A DNA stretch of 64,000 nt from a virus, in IMG/VR virus record IMGVR_UViG_3300009661_000001, positions 637 to 64,636 of that record; one strand, given 5' to 3'. The position numbers were made by a program, and so were the translations under genes. Positions 30,990 through 40,842 of this stretch are shown one piece after another. Numbering within the stretch: the first letter of the stretch is position 1; the number at the start of each line of letters is the position of its first letter. Below the pieces are notes generated by a model, which was given only the letters and a program-made list of their open reading frames with translations, had not been told where the DNA came from and did no database searches.

Positions 30990-32518
30990 CCAAGCCAATC
31001 AAGATTTTCAAGCGAGAGGCCTTCTTTATTCAAAAGAAGAACCTCACTCCCAAAGTGTTGGACGCGCTGGAGGTCCACAACCGACATCTGTTCTTTGAGG
31101 AAAAAGCCTGTAACGGCTGTGAGTGGCACGAGGATCGTCTTGGTGATCCAAGTGGGATCAGTGAGAACTGCGAGGACTGCGCTGCTTTTAAGGGCGGTGT
31201 ATCATTGACCAAAGACGTGGAAATAAAAGGCAAGAAATATATTAGCCTACCGTTTGGCGACAAAGAACGGATGGAAAAGATCATTGGTTCAGAAGTCGTA
31301 TATAAGTCTAAGCATGTGGAGACCGAATTTAAGCGACCAATGAAGTTCACTGGTGAGCTGCGGGATCACCAGCGAGAGGCAGTTGACGTATTCAAGAAGA
31401 AAAAGAGCGGTGTAATCAAAGCACCGCCACGATCAGGTAAAACCGTTCTATCGACTGCCGCCATTTGTGAAATAGGATGCAAGACCATTATCATGGCTTC
31501 GCAGCGCGAGTGGTTGGATGGATTCTATGAAACGTTCTGTGGCTCTGACACACAAAAACCTCTCACCAATGCGAAGAAATCGCAAGTCGGGTTCGCTAAA
31601 AAGTACGAAGACTTTCTCAAGTACGATGTGTGCTTGGTAACATGCCAGACCTTTAACTCGGAGAAGGGCCAGAAGCTGCTACGTAAGGTACGCGATCTGT
31701 TTACGGTCATGGTCATCGATGAAGTACGCCTGGGAGCAGCCCACAAGTTTGCGACTGCTATCTCACGTATCAATGTGAAGTACAAGATTGGTCTGGATGG
31801 TACACCGGATCGTAAAGACGGTCGATTTGTCATCATCAGGGCATTGATTGGTAAAGTCATCTATGAGGCCAAAGTAACGCGACTGAAGCCTAACATACGG
31901 CTGGTCAGAACGCAGTACGCAAGGCATTACAAACGACAGGTCATGTGGACTTCGATGGTGTCCTCTCTTGAGAAGGACCCGGCGCGACTCAAGCTCATTG
32001 CGAAGTGGGCTATCAGGGATGCAAAGGATGGGCATATGGTACTCATTCCATTTGCGCGTGTCACAGTCATCACGGCTTTGTGCAAGGCCATAAACATCAT
32101 GGCGGGTAAGAAACTTGCGAAGCCTTTCTACGGAGGGCTTAAAAAAGATGTACGCAAGCAAACGATTCAGGATGCTCGTAACTACAAAATCAAAATCCTG
32201 GTCGGTAACATCAAGCTGTTAAGTACGGGTATCAATATCCCTCGTGCTAGTGCTTTGTATGAGGTCACTATGTCGTCAAATAAAGAAAACGCGGAACAGC
32301 GCGTCTCCCGTATCCTGACTCCGTGGGATGATAAACCGCCGCCATTGCTTCGCATCTTCCTTGATGACCTGGGTGTACGTAAGCGCTGCCTATCGATGGA
32401 GTGGTGGCAAGTAATCATGCCTAAGTTCAAGCCCATAGTCTCAACAAAAGACTTGGTTATCTTAAAAGGCTATTTTGCCGAGAAACAGAAAGCCGAACAT
32501 GCATCGTGGGAACTTTAA
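30986..32518 (+). CDS. SF2 DNA helicase (UvsW-like)
   Basis: LRDHQ Q-motif, APPRSGKT, motif II reads DEVR, GTPDRKDG, TGINIP, QRVSRI. Confidence 0.88.
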   Translation: MTKPIKIFKREAFFIQKKNLTPKVLDALEVHNRHLFFEEKACNGCEWHEDRLGDPSGISENCEDCAAFKGGVSLTKDVEIKGKKYISLPFGDKERMEKIIGSEVVYKSKHVETEFKRPMKFTGELRDHQREAVDVFKKKKSGVIKAPPRSGKTVLSTAAICEIGCKTIIMASQREWLDGFYETFCGSDTQKPLTNAKKSQVGFAKKYEDFLKYDVCLVTCQTFNSEKGQKLLRKVRDLFTVMVIDEVRLGAAHKFATAISRINVKYKIGLDGTPDRKDGRFVIIRALIGKVIYEAKVTRLKPNIRLVRTQYARHYKRQVMWTSMVSSLEKDPARLKLIAKWAIRDAKDGHMVLIPFARVTVITALCKAINIMAGKKLAKPFYGGLKKDVRKQTIQDARNYKIKILVGNIKLLSTGINIPRASALYEVTMSSNKENAEQRVSRILTPWDDKPPPLLRIFLDDLGVRKRCLSMEWWQVIMPKFKPIVSTKDLVILKGYFAEKQKAEHASWEL

Positions 32519-32717
32519 GGAGAAGATCATGGTACCTCTTAGCATCTATGCGTCTAAACTGAAAGCCATCTTCAACATGGTTGGCCTGACCTCGACGGAG
32601 CAATCGTTCGTGGACAACTACTGGTTGGCGACTGAACGCTCCACAAAGATGGAGGTACTCGATTTGAAGGCTCTGGAAAACATCAACTCGATCTTCAACA
32701 AATACTACAAGGATTAG
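32475..32717 (+). CDS. Hypothetical protein
   Basis: Track ORF; true start may be a later ATG (an AAGGAG sits before the ATG near 32529). Confidence 0.5.
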   Translation: MPRNRKPNMHRGNFKEKIMVPLSIYASKLKAIFNMVGLTSTEQSFVDNYWLATERSTKMEVLDLKALENINSIFNKYYKD

Positions 32718-32720
32718 GCC

Positions 32721-33107
32721 ATGCGTATCTCGGTATTGCTTTTCCAAAGTTCGACAACAGGTACCTTATGCTTCTACCCAAAGACGAAAATATCTTCGGA
32801 GTATGCTCGCATACGAGACCTGGTTATCACCGAGTTGGTGTCTAACGATATGGTAGTCGTACATCATGTACCGCATGATTTGCCTATGGACAAAATTCTT
32901 GGTGAGCCCATGTTAGTCCACCATCTGGTAAACGTATTACGGTCATGTGTGGGAACCTCATGCGACATTCAACTCACGCTCATCAATTCTTATGGCTACA
33001 TTTTGAGACTGACAGGTATGGCAACTCAGTTGAAAGATGCAGTAAATAAGATCGAGTCGCTGAAAGGCAGCACAGTGATTGCTAATGTGGAAGTGGCACA
33101 CTGCTAG
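32721..33107 (+). CDS. Hypothetical protein
   Basis: Operon position; 128 aa. Confidence 0.6.
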   Translation: MRISVLLFQSSTTGTLCFYPKTKISSEYARIRDLVITELVSNDMVVVHHVPHDLPMDKILGEPMLVHHLVNVLRSCVGTSCDIQLTLINSYGYILRLTGMATQLKDAVNKIESLKGSTVIANVEVAHC

Positions 33108-33121
33108 GTCCAGGAGAATGT

Positions 33122-33757
33122 ATGGAAGTCATTAGTCGCAGGAAGAAAAAACCAGAGCGTAACCAACCAGACGAGGACGATCTGCCCACAAAGATCGAAG
33201 TCGATAAGTCCCTGGTTGAGCGAATAGTACCAGGGAGTGTGTGGCGTGCGAAGTCCTTCAAATGGAATCCACTGACCTTTGTGACCGAAAGCGAACAGCT
33301 TAACAGCAAGTTCATGGAGTCAACGGTTCAAGATAAATCGCTTCAAAGATTCATCGACGATCCGGTGAGACCACAAACGTACGCAATCGGGGGTAATCCA
33401 GACGATGTGCAGGCCAAGTATTTTGCAGCCTACCTAATGGGCCTGCACATGAAGGCATTGAAGGGCCACGCGAATCCTATGTGGGCAACGATATACGGAG
33501 GATTCGATAATCCGTTTATCGACAAAGAGAAGGGGCGCCCATCAATCATCGTGATGACGAACCTGACTCTGATATCAACCAACCAGAAACTAGAAAAAGC
33601 CAGAGACACGTTGGAATACTATGCGGATATTCCGCGCATTGTAATCAACGTAGGCATCGATCCGATTTCGTTCTTCGCCACCAAGTTGTTTTTGCCGGTG
33701 AACGGTATCGCTTACTTTGCTGATTCTCTAATCAAGCGGGCTGTGGAGGTCATCTAG
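33122..33757 (+). CDS. Possible degenerate DnaC-like helicase loader
   Basis: Directly upstream of DnaB; AAA+-like spacing with non-canonical Walker motifs. Confidence 0.4.
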   Translation: MEVISRRKKKPERNQPDEDDLPTKIEVDKSLVERIVPGSVWRAKSFKWNPLTFVTESEQLNSKFMESTVQDKSLQRFIDDPVRPQTYAIGGNPDDVQAKYFAAYLMGLHMKALKGHANPMWATIYGGFDNPFIDKEKGRPSIIVMTNLTLISTNQKLEKARDTLEYYADIPRIVINVGIDPISFFATKLFLPVNGIAYFADSLIKRAVEVI

Positions 33758-33758
33758 C

Positions 33759-35090
33759 ATGGGACTAAAGTTAGCAAGTCCAAAAGCAGAGCTAAACGTA
33801 TTACGGGGATTGCTCCACAAAGACCCAAAGATAAGTGGCACACTTATCGGAGCAGTCGATGAGACTTATTTCTACTCGCCAGAATCAATCGAGATTTACG
33901 AAGCGGTGATGCGCAACATGAGCGTCAATGGTCGGAACCCAACATACCGGATTCTGATTGAGGACCCAGAGTTAAGCGATGAGGCCCGGGATCACCTAAA
34001 GGATTCCTCGGCCAATGTGCAGTCGATTGCGGATGCCAACAAAGCCGCCACGATATTGAACAAGTATAGACAGCGCAGGGGTCTCTACAACATCGCAGCC
34101 GATATAGGGCAGCAGTTCAAGAAGTCCAAGGTCGACATCGATAGCCTGATGCATCGTATGACGACGGCAATCAACATCGTTCAAGCCAAGAAGGCAACCG
34201 ACGATGATTTTCTTCACTTCGGGTTAAACAATAACTCGAAAAAGATGGTCGATGAGATTCTTGATGGGGACCGTTCGGAAGACATCATCCCAACAGGCAT
34301 CGAAGAATTCGACAAAGAAGCTGGTGGATTTGCCCGAGGCTCGCTGGTAACGATCGGCTCGAACTCTGGAGGGGGTAAGTCGATATGTGCTAGTGCCTTA
34401 GCAGTAAATATGGCAGAAGCAGGATACAAAGTGCTTTTAGTTCCTTTGGAAATGTCAAAGAATGAAATGACGGCGCGTATTCTAGCCAATATCACCAATA
34501 CAGACTTTAGTCCACTGTGGCTTCAAAAGCTATCAGAGGAACAAAAAGAGAAGGTACGTTCGCGGCATCGCAAGTGGGTAAAGCGGGCGAAAAAGCGTGG
34601 TGGGCGTTACACCATCTTTAAACCGAAGCAAGACCTGACCATCGAAGAAATCATGGCGTCGATTAACGCCTTTGATGTCGATGTCGTCATCATCGATTAC
34701 ATTAGTTTGCTCAAAGGTGTAGACGGTGACGATCAAGTAAAGGCTTTAGGTCGAGCAGCGCGCTACGGTAAGATCAGCGCTGAGAATAGCAACAGGGTTC
34801 ACATTCTCGTTTGTCAGGTCGATGACAACGGGAAGATCAAATACGCCAGGGCTATTTCGGAACACAGTTCCAATAGCTGGCTATGGATATCGACGCCGGA
34901 GATTAAGAACGACGGCTGGGTTGTTAAAGTTGAACAGCCTAAGTCACGTAACAGTTTAAGCTTCCCCTTCTTGATGCGTATCGATGGTTCAAAGATGCGT
35001 GTCTATGGTGTGGGTATGCAAGAGACAGAATCTCTGGCGAAGGTAAAGAAAGGGAAAGAACTTCCCAATTTGGCAACCGCCGATGTTTAA
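33759..35090 (+). CDS. dnaB: Replicative DNA helicase, DnaB family
   Basis: IPTGIEEFD, GSLVTIGSNSGGGKS, LEMS..EM..RIL, IIDYISLL motifs. Confidence 0.92.
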   Translation: MGLKLASPKAELNVLRGLLHKDPKISGTLIGAVDETYFYSPESIEIYEAVMRNMSVNGRNPTYRILIEDPELSDEARDHLKDSSANVQSIADANKAATILNKYRQRRGLYNIAADIGQQFKKSKVDIDSLMHRMTTAINIVQAKKATDDDFLHFGLNNNSKKMVDEILDGDRSEDIIPTGIEEFDKEAGGFARGSLVTIGSNSGGGKSICASALAVNMAEAGYKVLLVPLEMSKNEMTARILANITNTDFSPLWLQKLSEEQKEKVRSRHRKWVKRAKKRGGRYTIFKPKQDLTIEEIMASINAFDVDVVIIDYISLLKGVDGDDQVKALGRAARYGKISAENSNRVHILVCQVDDNGKIKYARAISEHSSNSWLWISTPEIKNDGWVVKVEQPKSRNSLSFPFLMRIDGSKMRVYGVGMQETESLAKVKKGKELPNLATADV

Positions 35091-35107
35091 CTTTAAGAGG
35101 AAATAAA

Positions 35108-35632
35108 ATGAGCGATCAAAACCAAGCAGCAAACCAAGAAGTGGCAGCCGATCAACAAATCACCGTTCGCATCGGTTTCGAGCAGGCACTGGATCAAGCG
35201 TCGCCAACGTGGCGTGAGAACTGGAGCCAGGCCGCCGTGGACAACGCACGATTCTTCTACAACGCTGGCGTGCGTGATACCTCGATCTTCGCCTCGTCGG
35301 CTGTTCAAAACATGAACCAAGCCATCGCGAACCTGCAAAGCGGTTACCAGTCGATCAACGAACTGGCACAACGTCCTCAACAAGGCGGCGTGATCCCACC
35401 GGAGATTGCAGCCGCTGCGGCCACCGAAGAAACACCAGCGGAAGACACCTCGGCCGAGTACGATGCGGTTCAAGCCGAACACGATGCAGTGGTGAAACAG
35501 CAAAGTGAAGACGAAACGTCGGCTGATCTGGACCAGGCGCAGCACGACGAATCGCAGGCTGCTGAAACGCCGGTTCCTGCCGCAGAAGAAGCGCCAGTGC
35601 CTGCAGCTACGGAAGCACCAGCCGCGCAGTAA
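35108..35632 (+). CDS. Acidic Ala/Glu-rich protein
   Basis: GAGGA RBS; low-complexity acidic C-terminus. Confidence 0.75.
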   Translation: MSDQNQAANQEVAADQQITVRIGFEQALDQASPTWRENWSQAAVDNARFFYNAGVRDTSIFASSAVQNMNQAIANLQSGYQSINELAQRPQQGGVIPPEIAAAAATEETPAEDTSAEYDAVQAEHDAVVKQQSEDETSADLDQAQHDESQAAETPVPAAEEAPVPAATEAPAAQ

Positions 35633-35733
35633 AAAGTGCACCATACAGCCTGGTTCTAGCTATCGTAGACCAGGTCTGGCACGCTGTTTTTAACGCTCAT
35701 TAGCTATGCTACGGGCGCTGGTATAGACGTGCA

Positions 35734-35767
35734 AAAGGGAGCTAATCCGCAAAGATTAGCTCCCTTT
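35734..35767. terminator. Intrinsic terminator between converging operons (likely bidirectional)
   Basis: 14-bp perfect inverted repeat AAAGGGAGCTAATC / GATTAGCTCCCTTT. Confidence 0.85.
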
Positions 35768-35783
35768 CTTACCTCTGTACTAC

Positions 35784-36566
35784 TTACATTGCCATCGTGC
35801 CTTCGACCTGCTCAATGACCTCACGCAGATACGCCGGAGCGTACCCAAACAGCTTTTGGTAGTAAGTGATTTCCTGGTCGGCGTCTGCGCGCGAAATACC
35901 GGTAGCCAGAATACGCTTGTGTACGTCGTTAGGAATCTGGATGCCTTGCTCACCTGTAGCAACCACGGTAACGACTTGATCGAAATCAATCACCGTTGCC
36001 TGGCGATCCGAAGCTGCCACGACTTTCAGCACTTTCTTGCCAGCGTTCACGCCGACGCAGAAGCCGTAGTCCATGTCGCCCGAAGCCGACGCGAAGGCGA
36101 CGAATTCACGTTTGGCGACGGAGGCCAGCGCGATGTTGTTCAAACGTGGAACGTTGCCGCGCGGATTGGTTGCCGCCGAAACGAGTTCCGACAGGTCCTC
36201 GTTACCGTGACGTGCCAGGTAGGTACCAGAGGCGCCCTTGCGAACTTCCCACAGCGACTTGTCTTTGTCATCCATCATCATGTTGTTCGACATCACCTTG
36301 TAGCTGGCTTTCAGTTCCTTTGGCTCGACAACGCGCACTTCTTGGTTTGCACGGATGAAGCCCAATGCAACACCGGCGCGAACGTGCGTGAACGAGTTCT
36401 CGATTGGTGTAGCCAGGTTGTCGAGTTGTTCGCTCAACGAAGCCGTTATCGCCTGACGGTCGAATTTGCCTGTGAAGGAAATTACCACTTTAGCGATCTT
36501 GTTTGCCATGATCTTGAAGTCGGTGATGGCTACAGTGTTAGGATCAATACCTTTAAAGTCAATCAT
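35784..36566 (-). CDS. Hypothetical virion-cluster protein
   Basis: GGAG RBS; strong codon bias like the head/tail genes. Confidence 0.7.
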   Translation of the reverse strand: MIDFKGIDPNTVAITDFKIMANKIAKVVISFTGKFDRQAITASLSEQLDNLATPIENSFTHVRAGVALGFIRANQEVRVVEPKELKASYKVMSNNMMMDDKDKSLWEVRKGASGTYLARHGNEDLSELVSAATNPRGNVPRLNNIALASVAKREFVAFASASGDMDYGFCVGVNAGKKVLKVVAASDRQATVIDFDQVVTVVATGEQGIQIPNDVHKRILATGISRADADQEITYYQKLFGYAPAYLREVIEQVEGTMAM

Positions 36567-36638
36567 GTTACACTCCTAGTCTTTGACGCTCTATGGCGGG
36601 AGAGTTGAGTAAGCCTCGTAAGTGAGGTCTTAGTAAAA

Positions 36639-37037
36639 TTATTTCTTGCGTATTACGGAGATACGCCATTGCGTTGGATCGCCACCAAGCATTGCTCTGC
36701 TAGGATGCGGATCAAAGAAGGGCTTACCGTTCTTGCCCACTATAGCATGATAAGTGCCGTTACCTCTTGGAGACGGACCACTCATTTCGTGGTACAAGTC
36801 TGGGTCACCTTCACGCCAGTGATAGATCAGACTTACGTTAGGCAGAAATTCGTAGCCTCTGTTTTCAAGCCAATCATACAGCCTGTTCCAAAAGCCATGA
36901 ACTTCGTCTGCCAACTGCATGAAGTGAGGGACCTCCGCGATTGGTAGCTCAAGCAGCGATGCTATCACTGCCCGAGCGCAATCACCTTGTATACCCTTTT
37001 CACTATCGTGCAGAAACTCTTGATCCTGCGGTATCAT
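36639..37037 (-). CDS. Hypothetical protein, possible papain-like (C39-type) fold
   Basis: QGDCARAVIASLL, YHAIV and FFDPHP give a Cys/His/Asp arrangement. Confidence 0.45.
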   Translation of the reverse strand: MIPQDQEFLHDSEKGIQGDCARAVIASLLELPIAEVPHFMQLADEVHGFWNRLYDWLENRGYEFLPNVSLIYHWREGDPDLYHEMSGPSPRGNGTYHAIVGKNGKPFFDPHPSRAMLGGDPTQWRISVIRKK

Positions 37038-37540
37038 TACTGGTCGTCCCAGAAGTCAAACGCGAAGGTGATGGACAGCGAAACCAAACCTGATTCAGCG
37101 CCGTTCAGTGCCACCTCAGCTATAACGTCTGGCCACATACCAGTGACACTGCAGGTTTTCGTTACAGCTGGTATGTCGTTGTAAACCACGACCTGTGAGT
37201 TGACTTTGTACGCGGAAGCCAGCATACCACTGTTGTTGACCCAGTCGCGCATTGTGTGCCAGCGACGGAACTTCTCGCGCGTTGCCCAATCGCTGGTTTC
37301 CAAGAAGGTAGCAGAAATCGAGTGCGAGTAGGTTTTGCGACCAGCGTAGATCAGTTGCACACCATGCAGAGGAACCTCTACGCGGTCGATGGTGGAACCT
37401 GGCATATCGGTCGTCTGACATTTGAACGTCAGGTCGCGCGTATCCGAGGACCCCGGAATGGTTGGCAAGAACAGATCGAAGTTCCAAGACTGTGCGGGGT
37501 CTTGAATGCTCTGAACGTCTTGCAATGAAGTACGAGCCAT
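37037..37540 (-). CDS. Tail tube protein (T4 gp19-like)
   Basis: WNFDLF, CQTTDMPG...VEV...YAGR..Y, F.FDFW pattern; follows the sheath gene. Confidence 0.85.
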   Translation of the reverse strand: MARTSLQDVQSIQDPAQSWNFDLFLPTIPGSSDTRDLTFKCQTTDMPGSTIDRVEVPLHGVQLIYAGRKTYSHSISATFLETSDWATREKFRRWHTMRDWVNNSGMLASAYKVNSQVVVYNDIPAVTKTCSVTGMWPDVIAEVALNGAESGLVSLSITFAFDFWDDQ

Positions 37541-37559
37541 ATTTTACTCCTTGTTTAGC

Positions 37560-37579
37560 GGGAGGCCCGAAGACCTCCC
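37560..37579 (-). promoter_or_regulatory. UUCG-capped hairpin between sheath and tube genes
   Basis: GGGAGGTC-TTCG-GGCCTCCC with no U-tract; possible mRNA stabiliser or processing site. Confidence 0.5.
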
Positions 37580-37585
37580 TTGGAA

Positions 37586-39529
37586 TTAGCTTGGTTGACC
37601 GTTCACTTGTTGCAGCACCTCGGAGAACGAAACGCCTTGTTTCGAGATAACCATCTGCAACTGAATTTCGTGAATTGGAATCACCGGAACGATGACGACC
37701 GTTACCACACGAACACCTGAATTCAACTGAGCCGCCGAGTTGTTCGATGAATCGCTGACCACATCGAAGCTAGAAATGCCGCGTGCGTTCTGTATCAATT
37801 GCAGGTACTGCGAACACGAGGTAACGATCTGCCGACCGGTGAAATCATCATCGGGTTCTTCCAAGCTATACAGCAGGAAGGAGTAGAGCGAGGTCTTGAT
37901 GACGTTGATGATACGACGCACCGAAATCCAGCTCAAGGCCGATGGCTGTGCAGCCAAAGTCGTTTGCTCCCACAGCGCGATACCCTGACCGATGAAAGTC
38001 CGGGTGTAGTTGACCTGCGCTTGGAACAGTGCCGTCGATTCGCCGTCATCGAAGGTATAGCGCGTCTTCAAGACGTTGACGATACCACGATTCAGACCCG
38101 CTATCGAGAAACTTGGATTGGCGACACGGTCCGTGCGGGCGCACAGTGCGGCAGCCCAACCAGAGAACGGTACGAATTGCTGCTTGCCGTTGATCAGGTC
38201 GGCTTCCAAAACGTCTGGGTTGAACAGACCGCTGTAAGTCGAGTTCAGGTTCAACTGCAGGTTGCGATAGTTAATCGCTGCCTGGAATTGCTGCGAGTTG
38301 GATGGTACGTCCAACATTGCCACCGTATCACCACGACCTTGGGCCAAAGTATCCATTGCCAACTGCACCGTTGGGGTCGCGTGACCACCGTTAATCAACG
38401 TGTTGATTTTGTACAGTTGCTTGTTGGCAAAAACGCCGTAAGCAGCTGCCACGTCAAAGGCCGTAGGCGCCGTACCGCTGTCGCCTGACGTCATCAGCGC
38501 CGGCAAACTGGAATTGATTTCAGGCACCGTCAACAACGCTGGTGTGTTATTTGTCACCAGCATGTAGTTCGAGTAACCGTTGATGCGACTTTCGAGTTCC
38601 GTCGAAGTACCGGTCGAATCGATACCGTCTTGCAGGGTACACAAGAACGATTCGACTGGCGAGTAGACCGAGCGCGTCGTATCGTAAACGTTGACCGTGA
38701 ACTGCGGGTTCGGTGGCGGCAGATTTGCAGGGCTCGTAATCGGCAGGTGCGTGGTATCTGGCGTGATGGCGCCTGTATCGGTAAACGTGTAGGTACCTTG
38801 ACCCACAGTCATCAACTCACCTACGGTAGTAGTATCGCGACCGTAAATGACGTAGCCGATTGCCAGTGGAACTGGGTCCCAGGTCAACACATTGGAGTTC
38901 GTTACCGAGACACCCGCGATAACGATGACGACCGGCGCGGAGGCAAGTGTTTCGCCTGCCTGACCTAGGGCAGAAACTTGATATTGGTAAGTCGCTGGCG
39001 GAAGTACACCTCCGGTAGTGCTGCTACTGCCCAGGAAGTTGGCTGGTGTCTCGATGTTATTCGACACGATTTCCACCGACGTCGTACCAGCGTAAGACCC
39101 AGGGCCGTGTATCGGGTAGAACAGCGCGACTGGTGTATCGGATGGTGCTGGCATCAGAACGCTCCAATTAGGCAGCGTAGGATCAGGGATACCGACGGGA
39201 GCAGACTCCAACGCAGACACCGTACCGTTAGAGTACAGGGTTACGCCACCATAGACTGCATCGGAATGGACGCCACGGCAAGCCCACAGCGCGTTGCCTT
39301 CCTTGAAGTAATCCAGACCACAGTAGACGTCGAACGAGATTTGCGCGTTCGGGTTACCATACTCTGCGATGTAGTCGTCAGCGTTCGTGAAGTATTTCGG
39401 GAACGGCGAACCTTGATTGGACACCACCACTTGGCAGGCAACTGACGATGATGCCGAAGTGATAACCTGACTCAGGTTAATTTCTTGGATGCGAACATCC
39501 GATCCTTGTTGTTGAAGGATGGTAGACAT
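37586..39529 (-). CDS. Contractile tail sheath protein
   Basis: GSDVRIQEINLSQ N-terminus; P.SG..A....RTD, AGLNRG, VRRIINVIK..L...LL..L.EP.D C-terminal motifs. Confidence 0.92.
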   Translation of the reverse strand: MSTILQQQGSDVRIQEINLSQVITSASSSVACQVVVSNQGSPFPKYFTNADDYIAEYGNPNAQISFDVYCGLDYFKEGNALWACRGVHSDAVYGGVTLYSNGTVSALESAPVGIPDPTLPNWSVLMPAPSDTPVALFYPIHGPGSYAGTTSVEIVSNNIETPANFLGSSSTTGGVLPPATYQYQVSALGQAGETLASAPVVIVIAGVSVTNSNVLTWDPVPLAIGYVIYGRDTTTVGELMTVGQGTYTFTDTGAITPDTTHLPITSPANLPPPNPQFTVNVYDTTRSVYSPVESFLCTLQDGIDSTGTSTELESRINGYSNYMLVTNNTPALLTVPEINSSLPALMTSGDSGTAPTAFDVAAAYGVFANKQLYKINTLINGGHATPTVQLAMDTLAQGRGDTVAMLDVPSNSQQFQAAINYRNLQLNLNSTYSGLFNPDVLEADLINGKQQFVPFSGWAAALCARTDRVANPSFSIAGLNRGIVNVLKTRYTFDDGESTALFQAQVNYTRTFIGQGIALWEQTTLAAQPSALSWISVRRIINVIKTSLYSFLLYSLEEPDDDFTGRQIVTSCSQYLQLIQNARGISSFDVVSDSSNNSAAQLNSGVRVVTVVIVPVIPIHEIQLQMVISKQGVSFSEVLQQVNGQPS

Positions 39530-39530
39530 T

Positions 39531-39713
39531 TTAGACCTCCTTCACAGTTACGGTATTAGGATGCTTTTGCATCCAACGCGGGTCAACGTCCATGCCGTCC
39601 CGCAACGTGGCACGGCTGCGAGCCATGATCTGAACAGAATCGAGTTTGCCATCGCTGTGGCGCACATCAACCTGCTGAGTCGTCCGCGTCAAGTTAATGA
39701 CTAGCTTCTTCAT
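39531..39713 (-). CDS. Small hypothetical protein
   Basis: GAGGAG RBS; 60 aa. Confidence 0.7.
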   Translation of the reverse strand: MKKLVINLTRTTQQVDVRHSDGKLDSVQIMARSRATLRDGMDVDPRWMQKHPNTVTVKEV

Positions 39714-39724
39714 TGTAGCTCCTC

Positions 39725-40354
39725 TTAATTGAAGGGAAAGAACTGGGCGCCTACGCCTGCTACCGCCATGTGCATTTCAACCGTGGTTACTACCCCTTGT
39801 GTCGCCAACATTTCTTCTGAGGTGTATCCGTGAACAGTGAGCGTTGAGGTGACTAAATACTTACTCTCCGCCTCAACCTTGTTCTCTCCTTGCGGAGTTT
39901 GAACCTGCTCGCTTAAAGTCAGCGATATGGGGAACTGTAAGCGCCCGTAGTCCACATTAAATTTAAGCCAGCCTGCTCGTCTTGCGAACAACCAGCGCTT
40001 CTGAAATCCCATCACGGAGCCCTGCCCGCCCAAGAACTTATTGGTAACAAATTCGACTTCAAAATCGAAATTCGTCGGCAGCACACGTACAGCTTGCCCT
40101 TGATTCTCGTTTACCGATACCATTAAGCCCTTTCGCACCAAGCGATTAGGATTATAGGAATCAGTATTGTGGCTCAAGGTAGTGGGGACCAAAAACATAT
40201 AAGGGTATACGATATCACGCCCATTGAACATACGCTGCAAGGCCGCTTGCTTATCATTCGCTGGCGTAATGATTGCAGGGCAACCAAAGACTTGTATTGC
40301 CCTCAGTACCAGCCCATCAAAGACAAAGTTCTCAATCGGTAGGACTGTATCCAT
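39725..40354 (-). CDS. Probable tail completion/terminator protein
   Basis: Position upstream of the sheath; YPY..L, beta-rich fold pattern. Confidence 0.45.
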   Translation of the reverse strand: MDTVLPIENFVFDGLVLRAIQVFGCPAIITPANDKQAALQRMFNGRDIVYPYMFLVPTTLSHNTDSYNPNRLVRKGLMVSVNENQGQAVRVLPTNFDFEVEFVTNKFLGGQGSVMGFQKRWLFARRAGWLKFNVDYGRLQFPISLTLSEQVQTPQGENKVEAESKYLVTSTLTVHGYTSEEMLATQGVVTTVEMHMAVAGVGAQFFPFN

Positions 40355-40370
40355 TTTAGCTCCACAAATG

Positions 40371-40405
40371 GAAAAAGCCGGCCAGCGAAGATGCGCGGCC
40401 GGCTT
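40371..40405 (-). terminator. Intrinsic terminator
   Basis: AAGCCGGCC...GGCCGGCTT stem followed by a T-tract on the minus strand. Confidence 0.75.
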
Positions 40406-40412
40406 CTGGGAC

Positions 40413-40832
40413 TTACTTGCGTTTGGCTTTGTTCGAGCCTTTGGTCATCGCAGTCAGCGTGGCCGCGAAGGCGTCGTGGTCGAATTCTTCCTCTTCGTCC
40501 TCGCCTTCTTCGTCCAGACCGCTCATCACTTCTTCGGTCTCGCCTTCCTCGTCTTCACCACCACCGACCAGGTCTTCCATGTCCTCGTCGGAACCCATGT
40601 CGTCTTCTTCCTCATCGGAAGCACGCACAGCTTTCTTGGCGGCGGCGATTCGAGCAGCTTCCATCTTCTGGAACGCCTGCTTGTTACTGGCTTCCAGAAC
40701 GTGCAGTGCGTAACGCGAATCTGGGGCCGCGATGGCTTTGGCGAACAGTTTTGCTGCCATTGCCATGTTACCTTTGCGACCGGAGGCCAGAGCCAGGGTC
40801 ACGAAGTCCAGGCTTTTGCTATATTGCTTCAT
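40413..40832 (-). CDS. Acidic head-cluster protein
   Basis: Likely start ATG 40832 (AAGGAG RBS); Asp/Glu-rich C-terminal half. Confidence 0.7.
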   Translation of the reverse strand: MKQYSKSLDFVTLALASGRKGNMAMAAKLFAKAIAAPDSRYALHVLEASNKQAFQKMEAARIAAAKKAVRASDEEEDDMGSDEDMEDLVGGGEDEEGETEEVMSGLDEEGEDEEEEFDHDAFAATLTAMTKGSNKAKRK

Positions 40833-40842
40833 CTTATGCTCC

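Noticed and set aside
35633-35733. tRNA or other ncRNA in the convergent intergenic gap
   Set aside because: No cloverleaf, T-loop or CCA signature; hairpins are explained as terminators.
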